Part shown: one piece after another, positions 39,387 to 49,746 of the stretch
Position numbering within the stretch: position 1 is the first letter of the stretch
Layout of the letters: each line of letters begins with the position of its first letter
From: a virus
Lineage: Duplodnaviria; Caudoviricetes
Strand: one strand, 5' to 3'
IMG/VR virus record: IMGVR_UViG_3300005611_000001
DNA length: 64,000 bases
The notes under the pieces: model-generated
What the model saw: the letters and a program-made list of their open reading frames with translations, nothing else
What the model was told of the DNA's origin: nothing
The model's database searches: none
Made by a program: the position numbers and the translations under genes

Positions 39387-39818
39387 ATGACTACTCATGA
39401 AATCGTGCCTTTTGGCGCTGCACTGCCTCGTTTTGTTGGTTTCGATAATCTGTTCCGCGACATGGAGCTGTTGACGAAACCTTCGAATCAACAGAACTAT
39501 CCCCCTCATAATATCGTCAAGTACGACGATGAAACTTATCAATTAGAAATCGCTGCTGCTGGCTTTGCGAAAGACGAGCTAAAAGTTGAACATCACAATA
39601 CTGATCTAGTGGTCAGTGGTGAACAACACGGCGCTCGTGATGACGAGCCTTTGACATTCATTCACAAGGGTATTTCGTCTAAGAAGTTTCAGAAAGCGTT
39701 CAAGATTGCAGAGCATATGAATGTCGTCAGTGCTTCTTACACTGATGGTATTCTGTACATTCTTCTGAAGCTTGAACTTCCTGAAGAGAAAAAGCCAAAA
39801 GTGGTTTCGATTCAGTAA
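39387..39818 (+). CDS. hsp20: Small heat-shock protein (IbpA/Hsp20)
   Basis: VGFD, NYPPHNI, LEIAAAGF, HKGIS...F...F, DGIL. Confidence 0.95.
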   Translation: MTTHEIVPFGAALPRFVGFDNLFRDMELLTKPSNQQNYPPHNIVKYDDETYQLEIAAAGFAKDELKVEHHNTDLVVSGEQHGARDDEPLTFIHKGISSKKFQKAFKIAEHMNVVSASYTDGILYILLKLELPEEKKPKVVSIQ

Positions 39819-39869
39819 TAAATAAAAGGGTTCGCGGGCACCCTAAGCCCGCATTTAGAGGTAACGTGT

Positions 39870-40019
39870 ATGAACAGAAATCTTGTAAAGGGGTTTGCAG
39901 AAATGATCAAATTTATAGGCGACAAGGTAAAAGATTTCTTTATGGGTTTGACACATGTTCAAGCTGGCTGGGTCACAGTTGCTACTGTTTCCGTTATTGT
40001 GCTTCTAGCAATCGTTTAA
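39870..40019 (+). CDS. Small membrane protein (49 aa)
   Basis: GAGG RBS; MNRNLVKGFAEMIKFIGDKVKDFFMGLTHVQAGWVTVATVSVIVLLAIV with hydrophobic C-terminus. Confidence 0.6.
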   Translation: MNRNLVKGFAEMIKFIGDKVKDFFMGLTHVQAGWVTVATVSVIVLLAIV

Positions 40020-40031
40020 AGAAATTTTGTT

Positions 40032-40763
40032 ATGATTAAAGCCATAATGCAAATTGATCTCAATAATGCTTTGGCTTTAAGATATCACGAAGTTGCATTA
40101 AAATCTTTTGAAAGAGTCTCAGACATATTTGAGATTGAAGTGGTGCAATGTGTTTTGCCCACCACTCTTCTTCCTGAACTAAAAGACATACCTAATGCAT
40201 TGACGAAAAGATCGCCGCAAGAGTTAGCATCACTACACTCTAATTATCGCATGGCAAAAAGAATTTCAGAAGGCGAAAGATTCTGGGTTCTTGAACATGA
40301 TGCGTATCTTCGCCCACAACACGAAGACGTTTTTCGCATGATTATGTCCAAGTGGCTCACAAAAGATTCTACTTTTCAACTAGGTATGGCAAACGAATTT
40401 TGGACTACCGTACCTGCAATTGCAAAGATGTATTGTGAGCAAGTGCAAAAAGGATGGGACATTGGCCCTATGTCGCTTTTGCATCGTGTCACAGACGCAT
40501 ACTGCAGAACAAAAAAACACAATCATCGAGACACCTATTGGCCCATGAATCGATTTAAAAATCCAGAATGGCGCAACAAAACAGGTGTAGACATTAACGT
40601 AAGTATAGCGTATAATAGACCCAGCATTGTCATTGACTCTCCTATCACTCAAATTTTGGATGAGAAATATGGCGGCACTGTACGCGACAGAAAACGCCCA
40701 AATAAAATATATGTCAGGGAAGCACACCCTGACGTTGAATGGATAAAACTTGATAACGAATGA
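40032..40763 (+). CDS. Glycosyltransferase (GT25-like)
   Basis: [12 protein letters not shown]...[10 protein letters not shown] resembles GT25 C..SH..W...vlEDD motif. Confidence 0.6.
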   Translation: MIKAIMQIDLNNALALRYHEVALKSFERVSDIFEIEVVQCVLPTTLLPELKDIPNALTKRSPQELASLHSNYRMAKRISEGERFWVLEHDAYLRPQHEDVFRMIMSKWLTKDSTFQLGMANEFWTTVPAIAKMYCEQVQKGWDIGPMSLLHRVTDAYCRTKKHNHRDTYWPMNRFKNPEWRNKTGVDINVSIAYNRPSIVIDSPITQILDEKYGGTVRDRKRPNKIYVREAHPDVEWIKLDNE

Positions 40764-43195
40764 AATTCTATACTAATGTTCTTCGATATGGTAACAAAAT
40801 CCTCTATCGCGGCTACGAAGATGGCGTAGCAGTCGCGCGTAAAATTCCTTATGCTCCTACTCTCTTCGTAGAGAGCCCGAAAGCTACAGGCAAATATCAC
40901 ACACTCTTTGGCAAAGCTGTCGAGCCCATGAAGTTTGACAGCATGTCGGACGCTGCTGACTTCATGAAACAGTACGAAGGTGTGCCTAACTTCTCTGTTC
41001 ATGGGCAGACGAACTATGTGACTCAGTTTATTGGTGAAGCCTTTCCTCGTGATATCAAATTCAATCGTGATCAGATTAATGTCTGTACGATTGACATCGA
41101 GGTCGCTTCTGACGCTGGCTTTCCAAAGCCAAACGAAGCAAAGCATCCCGTAATCTCAATTGCCGTCAAGTCGAACCAGTCGATGCTCTATCATGTATGG
41201 GGCATGGGTGAGTACGATCCGACTCTGAACGATCACCACATTCAATACTATCACTGCTCAGACGAAGAGAATCTGCTGCAGTCTTTCATGTTCTGGTGGG
41301 CAAAGAACTATCCCGATGTGCTGACTGGCTGGAATAGCAAGATGTTCGATATTCCATATCTGGTCAATCGGGCTCAGCAAGTACTAGGCTTTGAAGCGAT
41401 CAAGAAGTTCTCGCCGTGGGGGCTCGTGCGCGAGCGCGAGATTCGTATGATCAACGGCACTGAAATTGCCTATGATCTTGAAGGCATTTCGCAATTAGAC
41501 TATCTGGATCTTTTCAAAAAGTTTGGTAAGCAGACCTGGGGCGAGCAAGAATCATATAAACTTGACCACATTGCACATGTTGTGCTGGGTGAGCGCAAGC
41601 TATCATATGATGAATACGGTTCGCTTCATTCTCTGTACAAGCATGATTTTCAAAAGTTTATTGACTATAACATCAAAGACGTTGAGTTAGTAGATCGTTT
41701 CGAAGAGAAGATGGGTCTGATTTCTCTAGCAATGACCATGGCGTATCAAGCGAAGACCAATTATCAAGAAACGTTTGGCACGACCGCAATCTGGGATTCT
41801 ATTATCTACAACCAGTTGATCCAAAAGAATATCGTGATCCCTGGTAAGCCACCGATTGATCACGATGCTGGTAAGATTGTCGGCGGCTATGTGAAAGACC
41901 CTATGGTCGGTGCACATGACTGGGTGCTTTCGTTTGACTTAAACTCTCTGTACCCAAACATCATCGTGCAATATAACATGTCGCCCGAGACGATGTGCTA
42001 TGAAGAGAATGCAGACACGACCAAGTGCGCGAATGGTGCTATGTTCCGAAAAGATTTCGAAGGCATTATTCCAAATGTCATTCGTAAGTTCTACGACGAC
42101 CGTGTAAGCATCAAGCGAAGCATGCTTGATGCCAAGCAGCAGTACGAGAATGCACCTACAAAGAAACTAGAGAATGAAATTGCTACGCTTGATAATCAGC
42201 AGATGGCAATTAAGATTCTTATGAACAGCCTCTACGGTGCGCTAGCGAACAAATACTTCCGCTACTTCGATCAGAAGATTGCTGAGGGTGTGACCACAAA
42301 CGGGCAGCGGGCGATCAAGGCTGCAGAGAAAGCAGTGAACGATGAAATGCAGGAGATTCTTGGCACCAAAGACGACTATGTGATTGCAATCGATACCGAT
42401 TCGGTATACATTAACTTCGCACCGCTAGTTACTCTGCACAAGCCAGCTAATCCTGTTAACTTTCTGAGTAAAGTCGCAGAACACTTTGAGCAAAAGATTG
42501 CCGACGCATATGCAAAGCTAGCGAAAGACACCAACGCATACGAGAATCGCATGGTGATGAAGCGAGAAGCAATCGCTGATCGTGGTATCTGGATGGCGAA
42601 GAAGCGCTACATTCTAAACGTCCACGATAACGAAGGCGTTCGCTATGCTACGCCTAAGCTGAAGATGATGGGCATTGAGGCGATCAAGTCGAGTACGCCT
42701 CAAGTTGTTCGTGATAAGTTCAAAGAGGTGTTCCAGGTTATCATCGAAGGCACCGAAGCAGATACTCAGAAGTTTATTGCAAACTTCAAGAGTGAGTTTA
42801 AGACTCTCACACCCGAAGACATTGCGTTTCCTCGGGGTGTCTCTGAGATTACGAAGTGGAAAGATCGACACACGATCTACAGCAAAGGCACTCCGATCCA
42901 TGTTCGTGGTTCTCTGCTATATAATCATTATGTAAAACAAGAAGCACTGCAAGATAAGTATGAATCGATTCAAGATGGCGAAAAGATTAAGTTTCTCTAT
43001 CTCAAGCAGCCAAATCGGATCAAAGAAAATGTTATCGCATTTCCTGGTCAGTTGCCAAAAGAGCTTGGCTTGCACAATGCTGTAGATTATGATAATATGT
43101 TCGTTAAGACATTTCTTGATCCATTAGAACCAATTCTTGCTGCTGTTGGCTGGTCAGCAGAACCTAGAGCATCACTTGAGGACTTTTTTGGATGA
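40760..43195 (+). CDS. gp43: Family B DNA polymerase
   Basis: Exo DIEV, SYKLD; Pol [22 protein letters not shown]. Confidence 0.99.
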   Translation: MKFYTNVLRYGNKILYRGYEDGVAVARKIPYAPTLFVESPKATGKYHTLFGKAVEPMKFDSMSDAADFMKQYEGVPNFSVHGQTNYVTQFIGEAFPRDIKFNRDQINVCTIDIEVASDAGFPKPNEAKHPVISIAVKSNQSMLYHVWGMGEYDPTLNDHHIQYYHCSDEENLLQSFMFWWAKNYPDVLTGWNSKMFDIPYLVNRAQQVLGFEAIKKFSPWGLVREREIRMINGTEIAYDLEGISQLDYLDLFKKFGKQTWGEQESYKLDHIAHVVLGERKLSYDEYGSLHSLYKHDFQKFIDYNIKDVELVDRFEEKMGLISLAMTMAYQAKTNYQETFGTTAIWDSIIYNQLIQKNIVIPGKPPIDHDAGKIVGGYVKDPMVGAHDWVLSFDLNSLYPNIIVQYNMSPETMCYEENADTTKCANGAMFRKDFEGIIPNVIRKFYDDRVSIKRSMLDAKQQYENAPTKKLENEIATLDNQQMAIKILMNSLYGALANKYFRYFDQKIAEGVTTNGQRAIKAAEKAVNDEMQEILGTKDDYVIAIDTDSVYINFAPLVTLHKPANPVNFLSKVAEHFEQKIADAYAKLAKDTNAYENRMVMKREAIADRGIWMAKKRYILNVHDNEGVRYATPKLKMMGIEAIKSSTPQVVRDKFKEVFQVIIEGTEADTQKFIANFKSEFKTLTPEDIAFPRGVSEITKWKDRHTIYSKGTPIHVRGSLLYNHYVKQEALQDKYESIQDGEKIKFLYLKQPNRIKENVIAFPGQLPKELGLHNAVDYDNMFVKTFLDPLEPILAAVGWSAEPRASLEDFFG

Positions 43196-43815
43196 AACTA
43201 GATCATCTTTCTTTTCCTGATATTGGGTGGGGATATATGCCTGCCACAGAAGAAATATATTCTGCATTTAATTGGTGCCAAGAAAGAATTAACCCTAAGC
43301 ATGTTTTAGAAATCGGCTATCACATGGGACATTCTACGACATATCAATTAGAAATATTTAAAAACGCACACGTTCTTTCTATTTCTCCTTATAACGATCT
43401 TTCGGGTAGAAAAGCAGGTGATCGCGTTGATCAATCTGATCGACACAGAATGGCAATTACGTTAAAAGAAATATATGGTAATAGATGGGATTGGCTTCCG
43501 GGAAGAACAAAACATCTAAAAGATTGTCTTATAGAGTATAATGATCAGCAGAAAGTTAAATTTGATTTTGCATTAGTTGATGGAAATCATTCAGAAGCTA
43601 ATGCTACGCTTGATATACAAACATGTATTGATTTGGGAATCAGGTTTATGCTGATTGATAACCACGAACTTAAAACTGTTCAAAGAGCGGTCAAAAGTTT
43701 TTCAGAAATTGTTCCAGTTAAACCTTTTTATTATGAACAAACGTTTAAAGGCAAGAAAAATAATGGTGAAATTCTTTTAGCCCAGGTTAGAAATCCTCAA
43801 AAAAATATGCTATAA
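43192..43815 (+). CDS. Class I SAM-dependent methyltransferase (Methyltransf_24-like)
   Basis: [22 protein letters not shown]. Confidence 0.8.
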   Translation: MKLDHLSFPDIGWGYMPATEEIYSAFNWCQERINPKHVLEIGYHMGHSTTYQLEIFKNAHVLSISPYNDLSGRKAGDRVDQSDRHRMAITLKEIYGNRWDWLPGRTKHLKDCLIEYNDQQKVKFDFALVDGNHSEANATLDIQTCIDLGIRFMLIDNHELKTVQRAVKSFSEIVPVKPFYYEQTFKGKKNNGEILLAQVRNPQKNML

Positions 43816-43825
43816 TATCTTCATT

Positions 43826-44752
43826 ATGAAAACTGAACTGACGATTTTCAAGAATCGATTCGACAACAAAACTCACAAGCAAGTCTCCCTGAAGTCATGG
43901 TCTGATTTCAAAGACTTGCTTTATTCGCTGTCGAAAATTCCTGAAACAAAAAAGACTGCTTCTCTAATCAGCCCAGCGATATATACTACTGGCACAACCC
44001 GTTCAAATGATAATGTTGAATATTGGGGCAAGTGGGCTGCTGTCGATGTAGATGATTTCGACACGGGAGGATATCCTCTAGATGAGCTACTTGTTTCTAA
44101 GTTTCACAATTATAATTATGTTTGTTATTCTACAGCAAGCAGTACAGTCGACCTACCGAAGTTTCGAATCGTCTTCGAACTTACACGCCGAGTTGAGAGA
44201 GAAGAGATACGACACTTCTGGCATGCCCTCAATACAGAACTTGGAGAAATCGGAGATCAACAAACTAAAGATTTATCACGAATGTATTATGTGCCTGCGG
44301 CGTACATTGACGCTCACAATTTTATCTTTTCTAACACTGGCGAGCCTGTTGATCCTGACTATCTAAAAGCAAAGCATCCTTACAAAGAAAAAGAAGGCAA
44401 GAACTTTCTTGATCGTCTGCCGCCCGAACTACAAGCAGCAGTGATTCAGCATCGTAAGGAATCGCTAGATAAGACTAACGTTTCTTGGACAGATTATACA
44501 AACTGCCCTTTCTGGCCAAGAATGTTGGCCGTTCAGTACAAGACTATTAGTGAAACTGGATGGTATCATAAGATGTATCAGATTATGGTTGCAACTGCGG
44601 GCAATGCAATAAAATGTGGATATCCAATCACAGCAAATCAAATTGCGGAACTTTGCAGAAAATTTGACATTGACAATGGAAATTGGTATACTAATCGTCC
44701 GTTAGAGAAAGAAGCGGACCGTGCAGTTGAATATGCTTATCGTAACATTTAG
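43826..44752 (+). CDS. Primase-polymerase (AEP-like) protein
   Basis: AAVDVDD acidic motif, YSTAS...PKFRIV, DLSRMYYVP, helical C-terminal domain. Confidence 0.65.
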   Translation: MKTELTIFKNRFDNKTHKQVSLKSWSDFKDLLYSLSKIPETKKTASLISPAIYTTGTTRSNDNVEYWGKWAAVDVDDFDTGGYPLDELLVSKFHNYNYVCYSTASSTVDLPKFRIVFELTRRVEREEIRHFWHALNTELGEIGDQQTKDLSRMYYVPAAYIDAHNFIFSNTGEPVDPDYLKAKHPYKEKEGKNFLDRLPPELQAAVIQHRKESLDKTNVSWTDYTNCPFWPRMLAVQYKTISETGWYHKMYQIMVATAGNAIKCGYPITANQIAELCRKFDIDNGNWYTNRPLEKEADRAVEYAYRNI

Positions 44753-44758
44753 GAGAAA

Positions 44759-45682
44759 ATGATGAGTGAAAAAGAAAAAGTGATTGAATTAGAGAATGCA
44801 AAGGTAATTCAACCTGACGATGCTGACTCTGAAAAACAATCTGCAGCACCACCTCCCGGCGCAGTTGCTAAGTTTCGTGTCGGAATTATTGGTGATAATG
44901 CACTAGGTCGTGCCGCTGATGTGGCTTTTAATACCAAGACGACCGAACGCAAAATGGTTTCCGGTTTTCAAGACGTTGATGAACTGATCGCATGGAAGCC
45001 TCAGATTGCAATTATCTGCGCTGACGTGCCTCTTCTGAAAAACGATACTCTTGATGACGCTGAGCTTCTTGATACCGTCAACAAGCTTATTCGTCAAATT
45101 GAGTGTGCTGTCTGCATTCGTTCGACGATGAATATCGAAACAATTGAGCGCATGATTCTTTCTATGGGTCCTCAAGCATTTGATGCTAAAGTGATCTACA
45201 TGCCCGAAGTTGCTGATCCCAACAATCTGGGAAGTGTTCTGTCTGCTGATTACGCTCTGATTGGTGGTGCAGAAAAAACAATTCCTGCATTTTTGAAGAT
45301 CATTCGTGATACAAGTCAGCTATCTGCACAAGAAGTTGTGGCGGGTACTGTTTTCGAAGTTGCGTATGCGAAGCTTGGTATCGCTGGTTTTAAAGCTGTA
45401 AAACAAACCTACTTTAATCAACTATATGATACGATTCTTGATGTTAAGAATGCTAATCCCATCAACGTTCGTCGCATGATGGAAAAGTCTTCTGAATTGA
45501 CTGATCGTACTACAATGGTGCCTACATTTATTCGTGCGCAGGCTGAAGAAGGTGTGACCTATAAGCAAGCGAGAGCTTACTCGGGCGAATATCTTAATGA
45601 TGATGCCCGACTACTTATCGGTATGACCGATAAACTGCCTGTTCTTGACGAGTGTGTTAACTTCAAAAACCTGAAGGACTAG
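44759..45682 (+). CDS. Degenerate UDP-glucose dehydrogenase-like protein
   Basis: RVGIIG Rossmann start, IRSTM, YMPE, IGG, YAKL...FKAVKQTYFNQ; catalytic GGxCFPKD replaced by GEYLNDD. Confidence 0.65.
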   Translation: MMSEKEKVIELENAKVIQPDDADSEKQSAAPPPGAVAKFRVGIIGDNALGRAADVAFNTKTTERKMVSGFQDVDELIAWKPQIAIICADVPLLKNDTLDDAELLDTVNKLIRQIECAVCIRSTMNIETIERMILSMGPQAFDAKVIYMPEVADPNNLGSVLSADYALIGGAEKTIPAFLKIIRDTSQLSAQEVVAGTVFEVAYAKLGIAGFKAVKQTYFNQLYDTILDVKNANPINVRRMMEKSSELTDRTTMVPTFIRAQAEEGVTYKQARAYSGEYLNDDARLLIGMTDKLPVLDECVNFKNLKD

Positions 45683-45688
45683 TATAAT

Positions 45689-46738
45689 ATGTCTGTTATG
45701 AATAAACTCAAAAAGAATTCGAAAGTCAAGTTTACTGCTGTGCTTTCTGATTCTGAGTTTTTCCAAGAGCGCGAGATTACCAGAATGGACGTTCCCCTGC
45801 TGAATGTCGCGCTGTCTGGTAGTTTGAAAGGAGGGCTAGCATCTGGTCTGACAGTGCTAGCTGGTCCTTCGAAGCACTTCAAGACTTCGTTTGCGCTCAA
45901 GATGGCAGCAGAGTTTCTGAAGTCTGATCCAGAAGCTGTAATGTTGTTCTATGATTCTGAGTTTGGTTCGCCTCAAGCATACTTCGAAACATTTGGTATT
46001 GATGTGTCTCGTGTGCTGCACACACCTATCACCAATGTCGAAGAATTAAAGTTTGATCTGATTGGTCAGCTAGAGCAGCTAGACAAAGAAGACAAGGTAA
46101 TTATTGTCATTGACTCTATCGGCAATCTTGCGTCAAAGAAAGAGCTTGAAGACGCGCTAGACGAAAAGTCTGTGGCTGATATGTCACGAGCAAAAGCACT
46201 CAAGGGCTTGTTCCGTATGGCGACTCCATATCTGACCATGAAGAACATTCCTCTGCTTGCAATCAATCACACTTACAAAGAGATTGGTCTGTTTCCGAAA
46301 GATATCGTCGGTGGTGGTACTGGTATCTACTATTCTGCTGATAATATCTGGATTCTTGGTCGTCGTCAGAACAAGACTGGCACTGAGGTAACTGGTTATG
46401 ATTTCATCATCAATGTTGAGAAGTCTAGATTTGTTAAAGAGAAGTCTAAGATCCCTATTAGTGTTTCTTGGGACGGTGGCATTGAGCGTTTTAGCGGTTT
46501 ACTTGACATTGGCCTTGCTTCTGGTTTTGTTACTAAGCCTTCCAATGGTTGGTATCAGCGTGTTGACACTAGCACTGGCGAAGTCATTGGAAACAAAATC
46601 AGAGAAAAAGACACTCTGAGCGAAGACTTCTGGGCAGACATTCTGTCTGATGCTAGGTTTCAAGAGTTTGTTGAGAAGCAATACAAGATTGGTGCAGGCA
46701 GTACCGGCATTGAACTTGAACTTGAAATGGAAGAATAA
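45689..46738 (+). CDS. uvsX: RecA-like recombinase
   Basis: LAGPSKHFKTS, FYDSEFG, IDSIGNL, ADMSRAK, INHTY. Confidence 0.97.
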   Translation: MSVMNKLKKNSKVKFTAVLSDSEFFQEREITRMDVPLLNVALSGSLKGGLASGLTVLAGPSKHFKTSFALKMAAEFLKSDPEAVMLFYDSEFGSPQAYFETFGIDVSRVLHTPITNVEELKFDLIGQLEQLDKEDKVIIVIDSIGNLASKKELEDALDEKSVADMSRAKALKGLFRMATPYLTMKNIPLLAINHTYKEIGLFPKDIVGGGTGIYYSADNIWILGRRQNKTGTEVTGYDFIINVEKSRFVKEKSKIPISVSWDGGIERFSGLLDIGLASGFVTKPSNGWYQRVDTSTGEVIGNKIREKDTLSEDFWADILSDARFQEFVEKQYKIGAGSTGIELELEMEE

Positions 46739-47055
46739 TGGATAGAATGATCGAAGGGCAAGACTACGCGCTGGTTCCGGCTAGCGCTGTAGAAAATGAT
46801 CAAGCTTGGGATGTGCGTATTCTTGAGGGCAATTTTGCAGAGACTGTAATTCGATTTGGTAACATTGCATTTGATGGAGAAAGCGATTGCTTGACATTCA
46901 ATTTTGTGATAGTATCAACTCCTGACGGTGAATTAACTACCGAATCTGTTGAACTGCAAAACCGTGCTGCTGATATTCTTGCAAGTGTGCTAGAAGAAGC
47001 AGCAGCATCTGGCTCTCTCGTATTAGGCGATCCCGAGGAAAAAAGTGAAGATTGA
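46738..47055 (+). CDS. Head vertex assembly chaperone-like protein (gp40 position)
   Basis: Between uvsX and gp41; ETVIRFGNI.F...LTFNF. Confidence 0.6.
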   Translation: MDRMIEGQDYALVPASAVENDQAWDVRILEGNFAETVIRFGNIAFDGESDCLTFNFVIVSTPDGELTTESVELQNRAADILASVLEEAAASGSLVLGDPEEKSED

Positions 47056-48418
47056 TCTAGAACAAATCATTCTGCGTAATCTATTAACGAACGAGCCTTA
47101 CATGCGTAAGGTCGTTCCGTTTCTTAAGAAAGAATATTTTGAGGGTGTCTACCAACATATCTTTACCGAAGTAACTAAGTTTGTTCAGAAGTACAATAAA
47201 CTGCCTACGCTTGAAGCATTTAAAATTGAGATTGATCAGTCTGATCGAATCAGTGATCAGATGTACACTCATGCTATGGATATTCTCCCTAATATTTTCG
47301 AAAGAAAAGAAGAGAATGATCAATGGCTGCTTGATACTACAGAAAAGTGGTGTCAGGACCGCGCAGTCTATCGTGCAATCATGGAGTCTATCTCCATCAT
47401 TGACGGCAAGCACGAGAAGCTTACAAAGAATGCGCTGCCTGACATACTGCAGAATGCACTAGCCGTATCGTTTGATACCAACATCGGGCACGACTACCTT
47501 GAAAATGTTGATGAGCGATACGCTTTCTATCATGCACAAGAAGAGCGCATACCCTTTGATCTTGATTACTTCAATCGGATCACAAAAGGCGGGCTACCAA
47601 ATAAGACCCTTAATATTGCGCTCGCTGGTACAGGCGTCGGTAAGTCGCTGTTCATGTGCCACGTTGCGGCTAGTGCCCTATCGCAGGGTCGTAATGTTCT
47701 GTACATTACGATGGAGATGGCAGAGGAGCGCATTGCTGAACGCATTGACGCAAATCTGCTGAATGTGCCAATCGATCAGTTAGAGAATATGTCGAAAGAT
47801 ATGTTTTCGAACCGTGTGCGTAAGATTGCAGAAAGCACAAATGGTAAGCTGATCATCAAGGAGTACCCGACCGGGCAAGCACACTCTGGTCATTTTCGGG
47901 CGTTGCTAATGGAACTGAAGTTAAAGAAGAAGTTTGTTCCTGAATTGATATTCATTGATTATCTGAATATCTGTGCATCCTCGCGAATGAAATCCATGGG
48001 TGGTGCCATCAACTCTTACACCTATATCAAAGCGATTGCTGAAGAGCTTCGCGGTTTGGCTGTAGAGTTTGATGTTCCGATTGTGTCAGCGACACAGACT
48101 ACTCGGTCGGGGTATGGCAATTCTGATCCTGGGCTTGAAGACACTTCGGAGTCTTTCGGCCTTCCTGCAACCGCTGATCTGATGTTTGCTCTGGTGTCAA
48201 ACGATGAACTGAGCAGCCTTGGTCAGATTATGGTCAAGCAGCTAAAGAATCGCTATAACGATCCTAATGTTGATAAAAGATTCGTCATAGGGGTTGACAG
48301 GTCGAAGATGAAGCTGTATGATGTAGATGAGTCGCAGCAAGACCTTGTTGATGACGATGTGCCAGTCTTTGATAAATCGACTTCTGGCGAAAAGCTGAAA
48401 GGCATTAAAATCTTCTAG
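47045..48418 (+). CDS. gp41: Replicative DNA helicase
   Basis: LAGTGVGKS, ITMEMAEE, IFIDYLNI, SESFGLPATAD, KQLKNRY. Confidence 0.97.
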   Translation: MKIDLEQIILRNLLTNEPYMRKVVPFLKKEYFEGVYQHIFTEVTKFVQKYNKLPTLEAFKIEIDQSDRISDQMYTHAMDILPNIFERKEENDQWLLDTTEKWCQDRAVYRAIMESISIIDGKHEKLTKNALPDILQNALAVSFDTNIGHDYLENVDERYAFYHAQEERIPFDLDYFNRITKGGLPNKTLNIALAGTGVGKSLFMCHVAASALSQGRNVLYITMEMAEERIAERIDANLLNVPIDQLENMSKDMFSNRVRKIAESTNGKLIIKEYPTGQAHSGHFRALLMELKLKKKFVPELIFIDYLNICASSRMKSMGGAINSYTYIKAIAEELRGLAVEFDVPIVSATQTTRSGYGNSDPGLEDTSESFGLPATADLMFALVSNDELSSLGQIMVKQLKNRYNDPNVDKRFVIGVDRSKMKLYDVDESQQDLVDDDVPVFDKSTSGEKLKGIKIF

Positions 48419-48426
48419 GAATTGAC

Positions 48427-48630
48427 ATGGATGCAACTACGCATACAATTCTATCGACCGCTCTGCTCTTCGTAGCATACAAGGTCGGTAGACACTTTGG
48501 CTATCGTGACGGGCTTATCGATGTCTGGATTACGCTGCTGAATGTCTTCGATGCTAAGAAGATGATCATCAATGATAATGGCGAGTTGATTATTATAGAC
48601 AAAAATGGTAATGAGAGGAAAATTAATTGA
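48427..48630 (+). CDS. Small membrane-anchored hypothetical protein
   Basis: RBS AGGA; N-terminal hydrophobic helix; overlaps next gene by 4 nt. Confidence 0.65.
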   Translation: MDATTHTILSTALLFVAYKVGRHFGYRDGLIDVWITLLNVFDAKKMIINDNGELIIIDKNGNERKIN

Positions 48631-48905
48631 CAGTTAAGTATAAGTTTCGTGAAGACGAGTTGTTGAAAGAGTTTAAAGAATATATCGACTCTACCTATAG
48701 TGGTCATTATGGGCAAGGCGGGCTGCAGTCTGCTGAAGTCATTGTTGACCGTGGGCATGGTTTGGGATTCTTCTCTGGCAATGTCGATAAGTACAACGGT
48801 CGCTACGGCAAGAAAGGCGAGCCTAGCGAGCATCGCAAAGACATTCTGAAGATCATTCACTATGGGTTTCTCATGCTATATGAGCATGACAGGTTGCACA
48901 GCTAA
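48627..48905 (+). CDS. DUF3310-like protein
   Basis: TYSGHY, GNVDKY..RYGKKG, DILKIIHY. Confidence 0.7.
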   Translation: MTVKYKFREDELLKEFKEYIDSTYSGHYGQGGLQSAEVIVDRGHGLGFFSGNVDKYNGRYGKKGEPSEHRKDILKIIHYGFLMLYEHDRLHS

Positions 48906-49138
48906 TGGCTTTTAATGCGAAGATAGCAAAGACTGCTGTCAGCGACACCATAGTTGCAACACCGATCAATCTTGTGTTAAACTATGTTCTGTTGAAAATC
49001 TTTCTACCATTCGAACTGAGCGCAGAGGTGATGACAATCGTCTTTACCTCTGTGTTTTTTGTTGTAGCATGTGTAAGAAAATACATTGTGTTTTCGTATT
49101 TTACTAGGAAACAAAACAATGCAACTTTACGCAATTAA
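48905..49138 (+). CDS. Small two-helix membrane protein
   Basis: Two hydrophobic segments; coupled start and stop. Confidence 0.65.
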   Translation: MAFNAKIAKTAVSDTIVATPINLVLNYVLLKIFLPFELSAEVMTIVFTSVFFVVACVRKYIVFSYFTRKQNNATLRN

Positions 49139-49745
49139 CAATAAAAAGATTCTTGACATATTAGAGGAAATTCGTTACACTTTTCTTGAAAAATATGACA
49201 TAGCTGAAATATTAAAACTTGAAGGCTATGAAAAATACAATGATCTTTGTACGTCTGATGATTATCTTAAAAAAATAATCTCTCTAAACAAAGATCATGT
49301 TGGATTACCAAATTTATTTTATGGGTATCAAGCAAAAACTTTCAAAGACAATAATTCAGAATATAAAAAAGATTTCTCAAATCTGACGAACAAAATGAGT
49401 GTTTTTCTTAATAGTGCTAGGTCTGCTTTATGGGCAATTTATCCTCCAAAAGGTTATATCGACTGGCATAATAATGCTAATGCCCCTGGTTATAATATTA
49501 TTTTTACATACAGCGAAACTGGAGAAGGATGTTTTAAATATTATCACGGAAGCGCAGAGCAAAAAGTAACTATTCATGATAAAAAAGGGTGGTCTTTTAA
49601 AGCAGGTTATTTTGGTAGTTATGAAGACAAAAAACCGCTGTATCATTGCGCTTCAACAGATTGTTGGAGAATCACAATTTCTCACGTTATAAAAGATGTT
49701 TCAACCTGGAACAAAATAATACAATTAATTAATCAAGGAGAGTAA
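49119..49745 (+). CDS. Jelly-roll (2OG-Fe(II) oxygenase-like) protein, WHNN type
   Basis: YPPKGYIDWHNNANAPGYNIIFTYSETGEG...KAGYFG.YED...YHCA...RITI; paralogue of 1056..1754. Confidence 0.6.
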   Translation: MQLYAINNKKILDILEEIRYTFLEKYDIAEILKLEGYEKYNDLCTSDDYLKKIISLNKDHVGLPNLFYGYQAKTFKDNNSEYKKDFSNLTNKMSVFLNSARSALWAIYPPKGYIDWHNNANAPGYNIIFTYSETGEGCFKYYHGSAEQKVTIHDKKGWSFKAGYFGSYEDKKPLYHCASTDCWRITISHVIKDVSTWNKIIQLINQGE

Positions 49746-49746
49746 A

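Noticed and set aside
23999-43815. DNA methyltransferase calls for the three MTase-like genes
   Set aside because: No DPPY/NPPY or PC catalytic motifs seen
18057-48418. Inteins, group I introns or homing endonucleases in gp17, gp43, uvsX or gp41
   Set aside because: Genes are uninterrupted and of normal length, with no Hint or LAGLIDADG/GIY-YIG motifs
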